A stretch of 64,000 bases of DNA from a virus (IMGVR_UViG_3300029362_000001:1-64000), one strand, 5' to 3'. Shown: positions 1 through 8,726, counted from the stretch's first letter. A program made the numbers and translations. Notes: generated from the sequence alone by a model not told the origin.

Positions 1-84
1 TCCCTACCAACAAAATTCAACTCCCTACCAACAAAATTCAACTCCCTACCAACAAAATTCAACTCCCTACCAACAAAATTCAAT
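1..84. repeat. Tandem direct repeat, 21-bp unit tccctaccaacaaaattcaac x4 (last copy ends in t); the array is cut by the window edge and may extend upstream
   Basis: Four contiguous, essentially identical 21-mers at 1-21, 22-42, 43-63 and 64-84. Confidence 0.9.
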
Positions 85-160
85 AGATAAGCGTTTTAAA
101 ACAGTGTTCTGTAGATCATTTCCACAAAATTCAATATGATAAGGGTTTAAAACAGCATTA
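70..160. repeat. Second-order imperfect direct repeat, two copies of a ~37-bp unit (CCAACAAAATTCAAT-AGATAAGCGTTTTAAAACAG and TCCACAAAATTCAAT-ATGATAAGGGTTTAAAACAG)
   Basis: Read directly; the unit shares the caaaattcaa core with the 21-mer array. Candidate iteron, origin or terminal-repeat region. Confidence 0.7.
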
Positions 161-244
161 TATAGGTTCCTTCCAACAGATTAAGGGTTGAGGACTGCAT
201 TATGTGAGTATTTTTTTTTAAGCGGGATGTTTAACAATTAAAAT

Positions 245-514
245 ATGGATGGTATGAACGTATATGACTTTGCGCCTGACTTAGATTTGAGTAAGGAGGT
301 AGAAGGTTCTATTTTCGGGGTAAAAGGAATAGAAGGCAGTGATGGAATAGTATATGCTAAGGTAGTTAGCTGTGTAGACGTTAAGGATTACAGTTGTGAT
401 AGGTGTATTTTTTATGATTGTTATAAGGATAAATGTTTATTATCGCGTAGTGATAGTTGTATAGATGGAGATTGGATTTGTAGGTACGAACAGGCTGCCA
501 TAGAGGGGGAGTAG
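245..514 (+). CDS. Hypothetical small Cys-rich protein (89 aa)
   Basis: ATG start; ORF runs in the direction of the + gene block; several C-x-x-C-like pairs. Confidence 0.5.
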   Translation: MDGMNVYDFAPDLDLSKEVEGSIFGVKGIEGSDGIVYAKVVSCVDVKDYSCDRCIFYDCYKDKCLLSRSDSCIDGDWICRYEQAAIEGE

Positions 515-621
515 GCGGCGCCTTGGGCTAAGGCCTGCGGTTGTAGGTGGAACGTAGGTCGGAGCAGAGCCGGAACAGTTTATTGTGGAACTAAAAAAAA
601 TAAAAAGGAGGAGATAGCGAT

Positions 622-702
622 ATGAAAAAGGCATTTAAGATATTTTCTATTATGTTTGTCATAGAAATAGTGCTGATAGCTATTTTAGATGTTATGGCGT
701 AA
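622..702 (+). CDS. Small hydrophobic peptide, 26 aa (MKKAFKIFSIMFVIEIVLIAILDVMA)
   Basis: Strong SD (aaaaaggaggag) 8-10 nt upstream of the ATG; a charged N-terminus followed by one TM-like helix. Below the 60-aa cutoff, so absent from the ORF track. Confidence 0.35.
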   Translation: MKKAFKIFSIMFVIEIVLIAILDVMA

Positions 703-781
703 GTGAGAAAAATTTCTTCATTAATTTTCTTATGCTTTAGACAGAATGCTCCCATCTGCGAAGATCGGAGCATTTGCTTTA

Positions 782-826
782 TGGGATTCATGGTGCAGCA
801 AGTCGGTTCGATTCCGGCGATCTCAC
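782..826 (+). ncRNA. tRNA-like element A: canonical T-arm (GTCGG-TTCGATT-CCGGC) closed by a 7-bp acceptor-like helix (tgggatt/gatctca, 2 G-U) plus discriminator C. A full cloverleaf could not be built
   Basis: The GGTTCGATTCC T-arm consensus is intergenic. The track ORF 703..1254 starts with GTG and the real ATG is at 850. A paralogous module lies at 2015-2075, and a 7-bp hairpin (ATGCTCC/GGAGCAT) lies just upstream at about 746-773. Confidence 0.35.
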
Positions 827-849
827 ACAACATTAAAATAGGGAAGAAC

Positions 850-1254
850 ATGTTAAAAGAAGAATTTGAAGAACTGATTAAAAGGGAGGTAAACGAAAAT
901 CAGTATAAAAACATAGAAACGGCATACGAGGCTTTGCCGGAGTATATGGATAAGATGTATTTAGCAAGTGCTATTTCAAATGATATTGGGAAAGCTATTA
1001 ATGTCTTATCGTTTTTAGGATCGCATATAAGCGAGTTAATGGGTTCGATAATAATCGAAAGGCAAAAGGTGGAATCATGTGCCTATGATTTAATAAACAA
1101 ATCGCATGAGGAGGATGACTTGAAAGCAAGAGAGATTGCCGTGCGATTAATAGGAGAGAGGGAAACAGTGGCATACACAGTAAAAGAAGGGCTGCCATTG
1201 TGGGAACAAGATAAAAAGTTTATAATAGAATTAATAAAGGAGGATAGAAAATGA
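850..1254 (+). CDS. Hypothetical protein (134 aa)
   Basis: The internal ATG (M50 of track ORF 703..1254) is the likely true start; the upstream part is a tRNA-like intergenic region. Confidence 0.55.
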   Translation: MLKEEFEELIKREVNENQYKNIETAYEALPEYMDKMYLASAISNDIGKAINVLSFLGSHISELMGSIIIERQKVESCAYDLINKSHEEDDLKAREIAVRLIGERETVAYTVKEGLPLWEQDKKFIIELIKEDRK

Positions 1255-1592
1255 AAGACGGTATTGTATTGCATCCAGAGCATGGGTTGAATCCATCCAT
1301 AGAACTATGCATAGTATGCGGTGAAGAGATGGGGATTGCTTTATTAGGGAATAACATCAAAGGGCAGGCGCCGCATCATATATGCACGGGAGAAATATGT
1401 GACAATTGCAAAAAGATAATAGATGACGGAGGTTGTTTTATTATCGAAGTTGAGGATGGATCAGATCAAAAGAATCCGTATCGTACAGGGAGATATTGCG
1501 CGATAAAGAAAGAAGCAGCAAAGAAAATACTTGGACAGGAGCATAGTATTGTGTACATGGAAAAGTCTGCGTACAGTCAAATAATACCATAA
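1251..1592 (+). CDS. Hypothetical zinc-ribbon protein (CxxC ... CxxC)
   Basis: ATGA overlap with the upstream gene; the Cys pairs CIVCG and CDNCKK. Confidence 0.55.
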   Translation: MKDGIVLHPEHGLNPSIELCIVCGEEMGIALLGNNIKGQAPHHICTGEICDNCKKIIDDGGCFIIEVEDGSDQKNPYRTGRYCAIKKEAAKKILGQEHSIVYMEKSAYSQIIP

Positions 1593-1654
1593 AAATAAAG
1601 AAAGATATATTTACAAAAGAAGAGCGATTATTCATATGGAAAAAGGTATATGAG

Positions 1655-1921
1655 ATGATTGATAGGTTAGAGGATGGGGAATACATATGTGTTGCGTTAA
1701 GAAATGTAGTGTTTATGTATTTCAAAACACATAAAAATATCTATGAGTTTCGTTCAGACGAAATGGTGAGAATATATTTCCCGGAATTGGAGGAGAAGAT
1801 AAGTATGGCCACAGAACCAGAGGAAACAAGAACGTTTTATGGGTGGTTTGGTTGTCTTAATCCAGAAACGAAGGAGGTAAGGCTGAATATTGTGAAAGAT
1901 ATTATAAAAGAATTAGAATAG
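1655..1921 (+). CDS. Hypothetical protein (88 aa)
   Basis: ORF in the + gene block. Confidence 0.45.
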   Translation: MIDRLEDGEYICVALRNVVFMYFKTHKNIYEFRSDEMVRIYFPELEEKISMATEPEETRTFYGWFGCLNPETKEVRLNIVKDIIKELE

Positions 1922-2014
1922 TATTTTTGTTAATCTATTTTATTCATCAAATTAAGTTTTGGGTTTTGGCATGTCGGTTCGTGAGGATAGGCATGCCTAT
2001 TTCTGCATCATAGA

Positions 2015-2075
2015 GGGGATGACGCGGCGTGCCGGTGCGTATGTGCCGGTCCTGGTTCGATTCTGGGCATCTCAC
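2015..2075 (+). ncRNA. tRNA-like element B: T-arm (CCTGG-TTCGATT-CTGGG) plus acceptor-like helix (ggggatg/catctca) plus C. Paralogue of element A with the same ATCTCACA tail
   Basis: The GGTTCGATTC motif lies in the 170-bp intergenic region between the ORFs ending at 1921 and starting at 2097. An upstream GGCATG...CATGCC hairpin lies at about 1968-1997. Confidence 0.35.
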
Positions 2076-2096
2076 AAACAATAAAACAAAAAAGTT

Positions 2097-2327
2097 ATGA
2101 GAATATATAAGAATGATATTATAAAGGCGTCAGCAATAAGCACCGGAGCCGACAGAGGCGTGTTGCTGTGTTCAATAACAGATTCAGGCTTTACGTCTAT
2201 AGCGGGCGTAATATCGGCTGTTAAGGATAGGTTACCAAACGAAGATCACAAGAAGATGGTTTTTGAAATACGGAATGATGGAAGAAACGAATATGGTAGA
2301 TATAATAATTGTGGAGGAAAAATATGA
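2097..2327 (+). CDS. Hypothetical protein (76 aa)
   Basis: ATG start after the tRNA-like region. Confidence 0.45.
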   Translation: MRIYKNDIIKASAISTGADRGVLLCSITDSGFTSIAGVISAVKDRLPNEDHKKMVFEIRNDGRNEYGRYNNCGGKI

Positions 2328-2536
2328 AATACAGAGGTCTGTTGCTCCCTATGATATTAGTTGCAATGTGCGGAGATGATGCCTTTGTGCTAAATACTAA
2401 AAGGGGAAAAGGAATGCAATCTACATATAGAAGAGAAAAGATTGTCAGAACAGAAAAAGAATTTGATATTAATGGCACTAAAGTAATGGCATACTCAAGA
2501 AAGGATGCCATTAAAAGATTAAAACATAAGAAGTAG
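2324..2536 (+). CDS. Hypothetical small secreted or membrane protein (N-terminal hydrophobic signal-like segment)
   Basis: In-frame ATG (M6 of the track ORF) preceded by a ggagga SD; begins MKYRGLLLPMILVAMCG. Confidence 0.45.
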   Translation: MKYRGLLLPMILVAMCGDDAFVLNTKRGKGMQSTYRREKIVRTEKEFDINGTKVMAYSRKDAIKRLKHKK

Positions 2537-2583
2537 AAAACGGATTTTTATGTTAATGTTAGTTTTTTCATTTTTATTGAAAG

Positions 2584-2620
2584 GAGCGCCGGCCTGTGAA
2601 GGTATGCGCTCTTTGTATTT
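2584..2620 (+). terminator. Hairpin (GAGCGC ... GCGCTC) followed by a T-rich tract, after the gene ending at 2536
   Basis: 6-bp GC stem, about 16-nt loop, then tttgtattt. Confidence 0.35.
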
Positions 2621-2645
2621 GTATAATGCATAAAACAATAATAAT

Positions 2646-2900
2646 ATGACAGAGAATAGTATAGACGTAAATATCGTACCTGTAAAGAATGGTATGAAAC
2701 GTGTTGTGGTATCATATTACCATTATTCACGCAAGGAGAAAGATCGCATGAGTTCCCAAACGGATTACGTTTGGGAAACAAAGAATGAAGAAATGTTTAA
2801 ATACTTTGAGGCCAGGAGGACAAAAGTATTTTATAGTCAGATTCGTGCCATGTGTAGATTCTATGGCAAGAAAAATGTACGTAAATACAAAAAGTTATGA
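2646..2900 (+). CDS. Hypothetical protein (84 aa)
   Basis: ATG start; dense + block. Confidence 0.45.
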   Translation: MTENSIDVNIVPVKNGMKRVVVSYYHYSRKEKDRMSSQTDYVWETKNEEMFKYFEARRTKVFYSQIRAMCRFYGKKNVRKYKKL

Positions 2901-3706
2901 TATTAAAAACGACAACCAACGAGTTTTGTTTCATTAACGTAAGTTTCTACGAAACAATAGCAGATCCTCGTCATTTCTTTGAACAGGATTATGAAGAGAT
3001 GCCAGAATATGAGGAGGAATCGGATTTTGATTTTGATTCTTATTACAATAAGTTTATTCCTTTTGTACAGGAATGGGCGAATGAGGTAAGTGAACGCCTT
3101 TACGGATATGGCGTGAATAGTATAAAGGTAACATCGGTCGGATATCCGAAAGAATATAATTATGGTACTGATTGGATGAACGTAGAGGTAGAGTTTTGTG
3201 ATGAATGGAGGCAAAAGATGTTATCTAACATTAGTAAGATTGTCAATGATGATAAATGCAAGAAGTATGCGGAGACTAATTACCGGTCGGTATCAGGATA
3301 CATCTTTTTAGGGCCTGAAGATTTAAAGGAATTTGAAAAGGAAATAATAGAAAGAAAGTCGGATTCCGGATATGATGTAACAATATTATTAAATATGTAT
3401 CTAACTTTGGCTTTTGTAAAAGAATTTGGATTTAAAGCCGGAGAAGCATGGAGTGAAATAACAGAATATGCTTACGGATGTTTATCGTATTCCGATTTTG
3501 CAACAACAGAGATGCTTATACCGGAAGGTTCGGAGCATTTATTCAAAGACATTTACACGGCAAAGGCCGACGAATTATATCATCATGTCCTGGATAAATT
3601 CGGATGGGCGTGGCGTGATCCGAAATATAAGTCAGAAACAGAATTATGCGCGATGCTAAAGTGGGCAAAAGAAAAAGGCTTGACCATTGAAGAGTTAAGT
3701 ATTTAA
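2897..3706 (+). CDS. Hypothetical protein (269 aa), acidic N-terminus
   Basis: Long ORF; ATGA overlap with the upstream gene. Confidence 0.6.
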   Translation: MILKTTTNEFCFINVSFYETIADPRHFFEQDYEEMPEYEEESDFDFDSYYNKFIPFVQEWANEVSERLYGYGVNSIKVTSVGYPKEYNYGTDWMNVEVEFCDEWRQKMLSNISKIVNDDKCKKYAETNYRSVSGYIFLGPEDLKEFEKEIIERKSDSGYDVTILLNMYLTLAFVKEFGFKAGEAWSEITEYAYGCLSYSDFATTEMLIPEGSEHLFKDIYTAKADELYHHVLDKFGWAWRDPKYKSETELCAMLKWAKEKGLTIEELSI

Positions 3707-3769
3707 TTGTTAAACATAAGGCAGTAGTGGTGCGTGAGTATAGGTGCTGCCGTTAAAATATTTTATAAG

Positions 3770-4018
3770 ATGAAAAAAGAAGAGATTCAAACTATTTTAT
3801 ACACAATCAAAGAAGGAGACAGTATTAAAATCAAAGTACAAGACAAAAGTGAAGAGATAAGACTGCGGGATCATGTAAGAAGAGTACAGAAATACGGATA
3901 CAGGTTTTGTTTGTCTCATTTACATGATGGAATTTTCTATCTGGAGAAGTTGAAAGAAGGGGATAAGGATAAATACTATAGAGTAATAAACAGAGGAAAT
4001 GGAAAGACCGGAGTATAA
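3770..4018 (+). CDS. Hypothetical protein (82 aa)
   Basis: Internal ATG (M13) of track ORF 3734..4018, which starts on GTG. Confidence 0.45.
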   Translation: MKKEEIQTILYTIKEGDSIKIKVQDKSEEIRLRDHVRRVQKYGYRFCLSHLHDGIFYLEKLKEGDKDKYYRVINRGNGKTGV

Positions 4019-4242
4019 TAAGCTACGCAAAATGGCTAAGACTACTCCAGGTCTGATAGTGGACGAGGTGCAAAACATGATGCGTGTATCGCTATACGAT
4101 AATGGGGAACTTAAGAAGGTGGTAGTAGTAATGAAATGCGATTCTTTTTTACAGTCAAAAAGTAACATAGAAAAGATAATGTTATTATCATCTTCTATAG
4201 AAGATAGAAAAAACAAAGAAAAAAATAAAACAAAATCAGAAA

Positions 4243-4626
4243 ATGAACAGAATAACAAAAATAAGAGAAGAAATAGGAGGAAAACAGGTTGATTTGACCT
4301 TTTACGGGCGCTTTTGCAGCCTTATCGAAGGTGATAGGAAGATAATACTAAGGGCAATAAAAAACGGTCGTAAAAAAGGCGTAATCGGAGCCATTCAGCC
4401 TGGGAGACATGATAGAATTTGGACCACATGGTCTATTGCTTTTGATGATCTGAAGGTAGGGGATACGGTAGAGTTCAGTACATCTGGAAAATACAATCCC
4501 GGATTTCATTCTACAGAAAAGTATGTAGGGTGTGTAGAATGGATAAAAGGATCGGAATGTGCGATAAAAACAGGTAAGGGGATGGCAGTAGTATTAATTA
4601 AACACATAGAAAGGGTAGTAAAATAA
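4243..4626 (+). CDS. Hypothetical protein (127 aa)
   Basis: ATG start; ATGA-type overlap with the downstream gene. Confidence 0.5.
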   Translation: MNRITKIREEIGGKQVDLTFYGRFCSLIEGDRKIILRAIKNGRKKGVIGAIQPGRHDRIWTTWSIAFDDLKVGDTVEFSTSGKYNPGFHSTEKYVGCVEWIKGSECAIKTGKGMAVVLIKHIERVVK

Positions 4627-4907
4627 TGGATTTAAGGATGTTTATAGACCTATTTCAGGAGATTGAGGTAGAAAACTTGTTTAAAGCGTTAGATTTATGT
4701 ATGGAATATGTAAGATTAGATTTACATGTGTTTAATGTAGGAGCTCATGTAACGTGTTCATACAGCAATGATCTTGAATCTCTTTCACAGGCAGAAGGTT
4801 GTAATGTGAATATGATAATAGAGGTACCCTACTTATTCGAAGCATTCATGGAATATGCTTCACCGGAAATGAAGTTGTATTATGAAAAACTAACAGAGAT
4901 AGTATAA
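4626..4907 (+). CDS. Hypothetical protein (93 aa)
   Basis: ORF in the operon-like array. Confidence 0.5.
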   Translation: MDLRMFIDLFQEIEVENLFKALDLCMEYVRLDLHVFNVGAHVTCSYSNDLESLSQAEGCNVNMIIEVPYLFEAFMEYASPEMKLYYEKLTEIV

Positions 4908-4908
4908 T

Positions 4909-5382
4909 ATGAAAGAAGAAGTAGAACGGATAAAGAAGTTGGTAGGCATAGATCATAACAGATGGGAGCAACCTTGTACATGTGATAAATGTAAAAACAT
5001 GTGTAAAGTTCCTTGTATTGGTACGCCAAAAGACATAGAGGCTATCATAGATGCCGGATACGCTGACAGGTTAAAAGAAACAATGTGGATGGTAGGGTAT
5101 CTTGCAGTGAAAGAAAAACCAATAGCGATGATCCAGCCAACAGAGAAAGACGGGTGGTGCGCATTCCGCCAGCCGGGCGGTCTCTGCGAGCTGCATGACC
5201 TCGGACTAAAGCCGACTGAAGGAGTTCTGGCTTCTTGTAAGGTGGTTGAAGAAGACGATATTCCGACATACGAAACATCCGTACTTAGAGCAGTAGCTCA
5301 CGAGTGGGTTAAGGTGGAGAACTTTGGAAATGTAATGAAGGTCGTTTTTAAATTTTTGCATGAAAATGAACGTAGAAAATAA
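4909..5382 (+). CDS. Hypothetical Cys-rich protein (157 aa); contains a local GC-rich patch
   Basis: CTCDKCKNMCKVPC cluster; the GC-rich island at about 5140-5230 is unusual for this genome. Confidence 0.5.
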   Translation: MKEEVERIKKLVGIDHNRWEQPCTCDKCKNMCKVPCIGTPKDIEAIIDAGYADRLKETMWMVGYLAVKEKPIAMIQPTEKDGWCAFRQPGGLCELHDLGLKPTEGVLASCKVVEEDDIPTYETSVLRAVAHEWVKVENFGNVMKVVFKFLHENERRK

Positions 5383-5770
5383 ATTAAATAAAGTGGTTAA
5401 GATCCTAAAAGAAAAAGGATTCGTAGTATATAGAAAGGGCGGGAAGGAGCCAGGTGTGTTTTACGCTAAAGAAGGTGACAGCCGAATAGGATTCGTTTAT
5501 CCCAACAACGGATATATATACGACAGGATAAAAATGTGGTCTTTTTCAAGGATATATAAACCGCATAAGAAAACAGGGTCTTCGTGTTTAATGTGTGTCA
5601 GCGACGAATTTACTATAGAAAATGCGATTAAGAGCATAGAAGATAGACTGTGGGTAAATTATATAAAAGACGGTAACAGAAAACGACCAGAAGAATATAA
5701 AGATATAAGAGAATTTGTTGGTAGCTTCACTAAATTCTACAGCTCTGTAGAATTAGTTGAGGTTAAGTAG
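5360..5770 (+). CDS. Hypothetical protein (136 aa)
   Basis: ATG start. Confidence 0.5.
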   Translation: MKMNVENKLNKVVKILKEKGFVVYRKGGKEPGVFYAKEGDSRIGFVYPNNGYIYDRIKMWSFSRIYKPHKKTGSSCLMCVSDEFTIENAIKSIEDRLWVNYIKDGNRKRPEEYKDIREFVGSFTKFYSSVELVEVK

Positions 5771-5791
5771 TTTTCCATGCGAGTTAGTTGC

Positions 5792-5828
5792 CGGCACTGG
5801 TCTGCGAAGATAGGTGCCGTTTTTTTAT
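5792..5828 (+). terminator. Rho-independent terminator: stem CGGCAC/GTGCCG (6 bp), about 15-nt loop, then an 8-T run
   Basis: Lies immediately after the stop at 5770 and before the SD plus ATG at 5848. Confidence 0.6.
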
Positions 5829-5847
5829 TCAAGAAAGGAGGACAAAG

Positions 5848-6099
5848 ATGGAGAAAAGAGACAAGAAGATACCTTACGAGGTAGTCATACAGGAAAGAAA
5901 AAGAGTGGATTTGTACGGTAACGTAGTGTATTATATCCATTGGTTTGATAAATATGGGTACAATATCACAAACGAATGGAAATTCTGGAGCAAGGGTCCG
6001 AAAAAGAAATACGATAGAGTTAATCGTTATCTAACGGATAGTTGGTTGAAGGAATACTGTGGGAATAACGATTTAAAGATAAGGAGAATAAAGGAATGA
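5848..6099 (+). CDS. Hypothetical protein (83 aa)
   Basis: Internal ATG (M21) with an aaaggagga SD; the track ORF begins at an upstream TTG inside the terminator. Confidence 0.5.
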   Translation: MEKRDKKIPYEVVIQERKRVDLYGNVVYYIHWFDKYGYNITNEWKFWSKGPKKKYDRVNRYLTDSWLKEYCGNNDLKIRRIKE

Positions 6100-6611
6100 A
6101 AAAGATAAAAGTAGACAAAGTGATATTATATTACATGGATCGGGTAGACCCTGACGGGAACCTATACCGGTTCTATGTATATAAAGACATGGCATCTGAA
6201 ATAGAATACTTTTGCACGGAAGAGACAGGTAATATGACTATACCAATCGGAGAAGGAGAGTATGTCAAGATCGTACCAAAAAAAATAGAGAAAATACCGG
6301 TAAGGGGATATAGGAAGCTTACTGGAATATGGAATCGTGAAACATGTAACGGGAAGGGATGGTATAGGCTTTTTAATTATTTCAAATACAAGCCGACCCT
6401 ATGTTATTTTAAAAAAGCGGGACATGATGAAAATGGGAACACAAGATACGAAATATCATTATTTAATAACATTATAAATGTGACAAGGTATTTCAATCTG
6501 TGGAGAATGAAGCCAGGAAAGTATGTTATGGTAACAAACGAGTGTGGTGCCTTGGATGTTATAAAAGAAAAATTTGACAACATAAATATAGTGGAATATG
6601 GATCTGAATGA
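6096..6611 (+). CDS. Hypothetical protein (171 aa)
   Basis: ATGA overlap with the upstream gene. Confidence 0.55.
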   Translation: MKKIKVDKVILYYMDRVDPDGNLYRFYVYKDMASEIEYFCTEETGNMTIPIGEGEYVKIVPKKIEKIPVRGYRKLTGIWNRETCNGKGWYRLFNYFKYKPTLCYFKKAGHDENGNTRYEISLFNNIINVTRYFNLWRMKPGKYVMVTNECGALDVIKEKFDNINIVEYGSE

Positions 6612-6966
6612 ATTGTACAAAGAAATAGAAAAAGCAGAGGTTGATCTGAATGCAAAAAGATTAAAGTACATCAAAGAGGCATTAGTGGAGAACGGTGGAA
6701 GTATAAAGCTAAAATTCAAAGAATTTAAAGAGTTTAAAGAAACTAATGATGCGTTTGACTTCGATGATCAGTTTCCGGTGATAATAGAAATTGCTGGGAT
6801 TCCTATGTATTTAACGGAAGTGTATGTCAAAAAAAACGATTTTCGTATAGTTCTGCTGGATTATGATGATATGACTTTAGGTGATTATGATAATACAGGG
6901 GAAAATGAACAGGTTGCTTATTTTATTAACTATTGTTTAAATCAAGACAAAGATGGGAAAGAGTAG
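6598..6966 (+). CDS. Hypothetical protein (122 aa)
   Basis: ATG start. Confidence 0.5.
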   Translation: MDLNELYKEIEKAEVDLNAKRLKYIKEALVENGGSIKLKFKEFKEFKETNDAFDFDDQFPVIIEIAGIPMYLTEVYVKKNDFRIVLLDYDDMTLGDYDNTGENEQVAYFINYCLNQDKDGKE

Positions 6967-7141
6967 AAAAGATTATGAGAAGTTTCTTAACTCCATATCT
7001 CCAGATAGAGACGATGAAGCATGGGTTATTGGAGGAAAGAACAGGTATTGCGGTAGAGAGAATTATGGCACTATGATCAAAAGGTATGATCCTATTGGTT
7101 TTAATGTAGGGTACAGGGAGTGGGTAGAACAGCCAGGGTAA
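6953..7141 (+). CDS. Hypothetical protein (62 aa)
   Basis: ATG start; followed by a GC-rich structured intergenic element at 7141-7200. Confidence 0.4.
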   Translation: MGKSRKDYEKFLNSISPDRDDEAWVIGGKNRYCGRENYGTMIKRYDPIGFNVGYREWVEQPG

Positions 7142-7224
7142 GGCGACGCCTGCCCTGCCATGAGGTCGGCCTGGCTGTTCGTGACCAGGACCGTACATTA
7201 GTCAGATAGTGAACAGCGAAAACA

Positions 7225-7515
7225 ATGCATAAAATGGGAAACGAATTAAAACTTAACAGCGCAGAAGAAGCAGAAGTAGTCTTAATAAGATTAACTCCAG
7301 AAGAGTATCCTATTGCGTACGCAAATAAGGTGAAATGTTTAATGCTTTCAGGTCTTAGCAAGAAAGAAGCTGAGAGGATGGCGATGGAGCCAATAGATCT
7401 TGAACTGTATTATGAAGTAGGTGTAGGACTGATGGCGGTAGAACCTGGAGCGGTGGAAGCCGGAACAATATACAGTCCATATTCAGGGGAATTATATGAC
7501 AATTCAAAAATTTAA
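7225..7515 (+). CDS. Hypothetical protein (96 aa)
   Basis: ATG start. Confidence 0.5.
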   Translation: MHKMGNELKLNSAEEAEVVLIRLTPEEYPIAYANKVKCLMLSGLSKKEAERMAMEPIDLELYYEVGVGLMAVEPGAVEAGTIYSPYSGELYDNSKI

Positions 7516-7546
7516 TGAGGTAATTATATACCTAAAATAATAGCTT

Positions 7547-7861
7547 ATGACATTCAAAGAATTTATGAAAGAAGTGGGCTATAACCTAATGACTACCTTT
7601 TGGGAAGATTTCAGCATAGCCGACAAGTATGGTATAGCAGGTGTCAAAGATACCTACAAACGTGCGTTTGATGAATGGAAAGGTAATTATAAGTTCTTCA
7701 CAGAATTGGTGATTGTGTTGAATCATAAAATATGGCAACATTATAAAAGCAATCGTGAACTGGCTGCATTGTATGACCGGTTATGGCAAGAAGCTGACGA
7801 GTATGCCATGAACAATTTTAAGGGAGAAGAACTTGATTATTATTACAGAATAACAGATTAG
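7547..7861 (+). CDS. Hypothetical protein (104 aa)
   Basis: ATG start. Confidence 0.5.
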   Translation: MTFKEFMKEVGYNLMTTFWEDFSIADKYGIAGVKDTYKRAFDEWKGNYKFFTELVIVLNHKIWQHYKSNRELAALYDRLWQEADEYAMNNFKGEELDYYYRITD

Positions 7862-7863
7862 CT

Positions 7864-8043
7864 ATGTTATATCCGTTTTCATTAACGCTTGATTTATATA
7901 TACAAGCCGAATCGTTTGAAGAAGCCAAGAAATTAGCGGAAGCATACGTTCAAGATGCTTCGTTAGATACGACTGACTATCCGGAAATAGTGCAGGATGT
8001 GTTGGAAGTAGCAGAGTATGGGATTATTGATGTAGAACAATAA
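7864..8043 (+). CDS. Small hypothetical protein (59 aa, MLYPFSLTLDLYIQAESFEEAKK...)
   Basis: Fills the gap between 7861 and 8050; below the track length cutoff. Confidence 0.35.
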   Translation: MLYPFSLTLDLYIQAESFEEAKKLAEAYVQDASLDTTDYPEIVQDVLEVAEYGIIDVEQ

Positions 8044-8049
8044 ACAATC

Positions 8050-8370
8050 ATGGAAGCGAAAATCAAAATAGCCGTATTATGTTTTGATGTCTCAGATATT
8101 GATATTATCAAGGTAAACAACAGATTAATGGAAACACTAAAACAGAATATAGATCTTCCAGAAAAAGAAAAGTTGAGAAGATTGAAGGAAGCCAAGGGAG
8201 GGACATGGTATGACGGATGGCGCCCATACTGTATGATGTGCAACAGAAGTGACAGGATGGTTAGTGAACCTTATGGTTTTAGGTGTCCACAGTGTGGGAA
8301 TATGATAGGATTTAATCTAAAGAGATTGAAGGAATCACCATTAAATAATGCTTCCAAGGAGGTTGTTTGA
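8050..8370 (+). CDS. Hypothetical zinc-ribbon protein (106 aa)
   Basis: CMMCN ... CPQCG motifs. Confidence 0.5.
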   Translation: MEAKIKIAVLCFDVSDIDIIKVNNRLMETLKQNIDLPEKEKLRRLKEAKGGTWYDGWRPYCMMCNRSDRMVSEPYGFRCPQCGNMIGFNLKRLKESPLNNASKEVV

Positions 8371-8408
8371 TACAAGATGTGAAATATAATAAACAAAAAA
8401 ATAGCGAA

Positions 8409-8726
8409 ATGAAAGAATTTATATTTGAAGTAGAAAGAAGGGTTTATGGATGGATGAAAGATAGATTATCCATTGAAGCAGAAACACCAGAAGAGGCTTT
8501 GGAAAAGCTTAAAGAAATGGCAGAGGATGGAACCAAAAATGGATGGGGTGAAGATAGGGTCGGATTAGAGAGCTCTGAATTTGACTATTATGAGGTAGAG
8601 TATCCTACTGTAGAAGAAAATAAGGGAGCTACAATTTTTATTTCACATTTAGATTCTTGTTTAGGATGGGATAATCCTATAGGGGAAGACAGCGGGAGAG
8701 AAAGAAAATATGATTCACAGTATTAA
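8409..8726 (+). CDS. Hypothetical acidic protein
   Basis: Internal ATG (M15) of the TTG-started track ORF 8367..8726. Confidence 0.45.
   Translation: MKEFIFEVERRVYGWMKDRLSIEAETPEEALEKLKEMAEDGTKNGWGEDRVGLESSEFDYYEVEYPTVEENKGATIFISHLDSCLGWDNPIGEDSGRERKYDSQY

Noticed and set aside
440-851. Minus-strand ORFs 440..634 and 591..851
   Set aside because: They overlap the SD-led small peptide and the tRNA-like region on the opposite strand, and they lie against the direction of the local gene block.
703-2076. Canonical tRNA genes at the two GGTTCGATTC sites
   Set aside because: Acceptor, D and anticodon arms could not be assembled into a standard cloverleaf by hand. The sites are reported only as tRNA-like elements pending tRNAscan or ARAGORN analysis.
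3999-4292. ORF 3999..4292 (Lys-rich, 97 aa) as a confident gene
   Set aside because: It overlaps both neighbours out of frame and is low-complexity. It is possibly real but unsupported.
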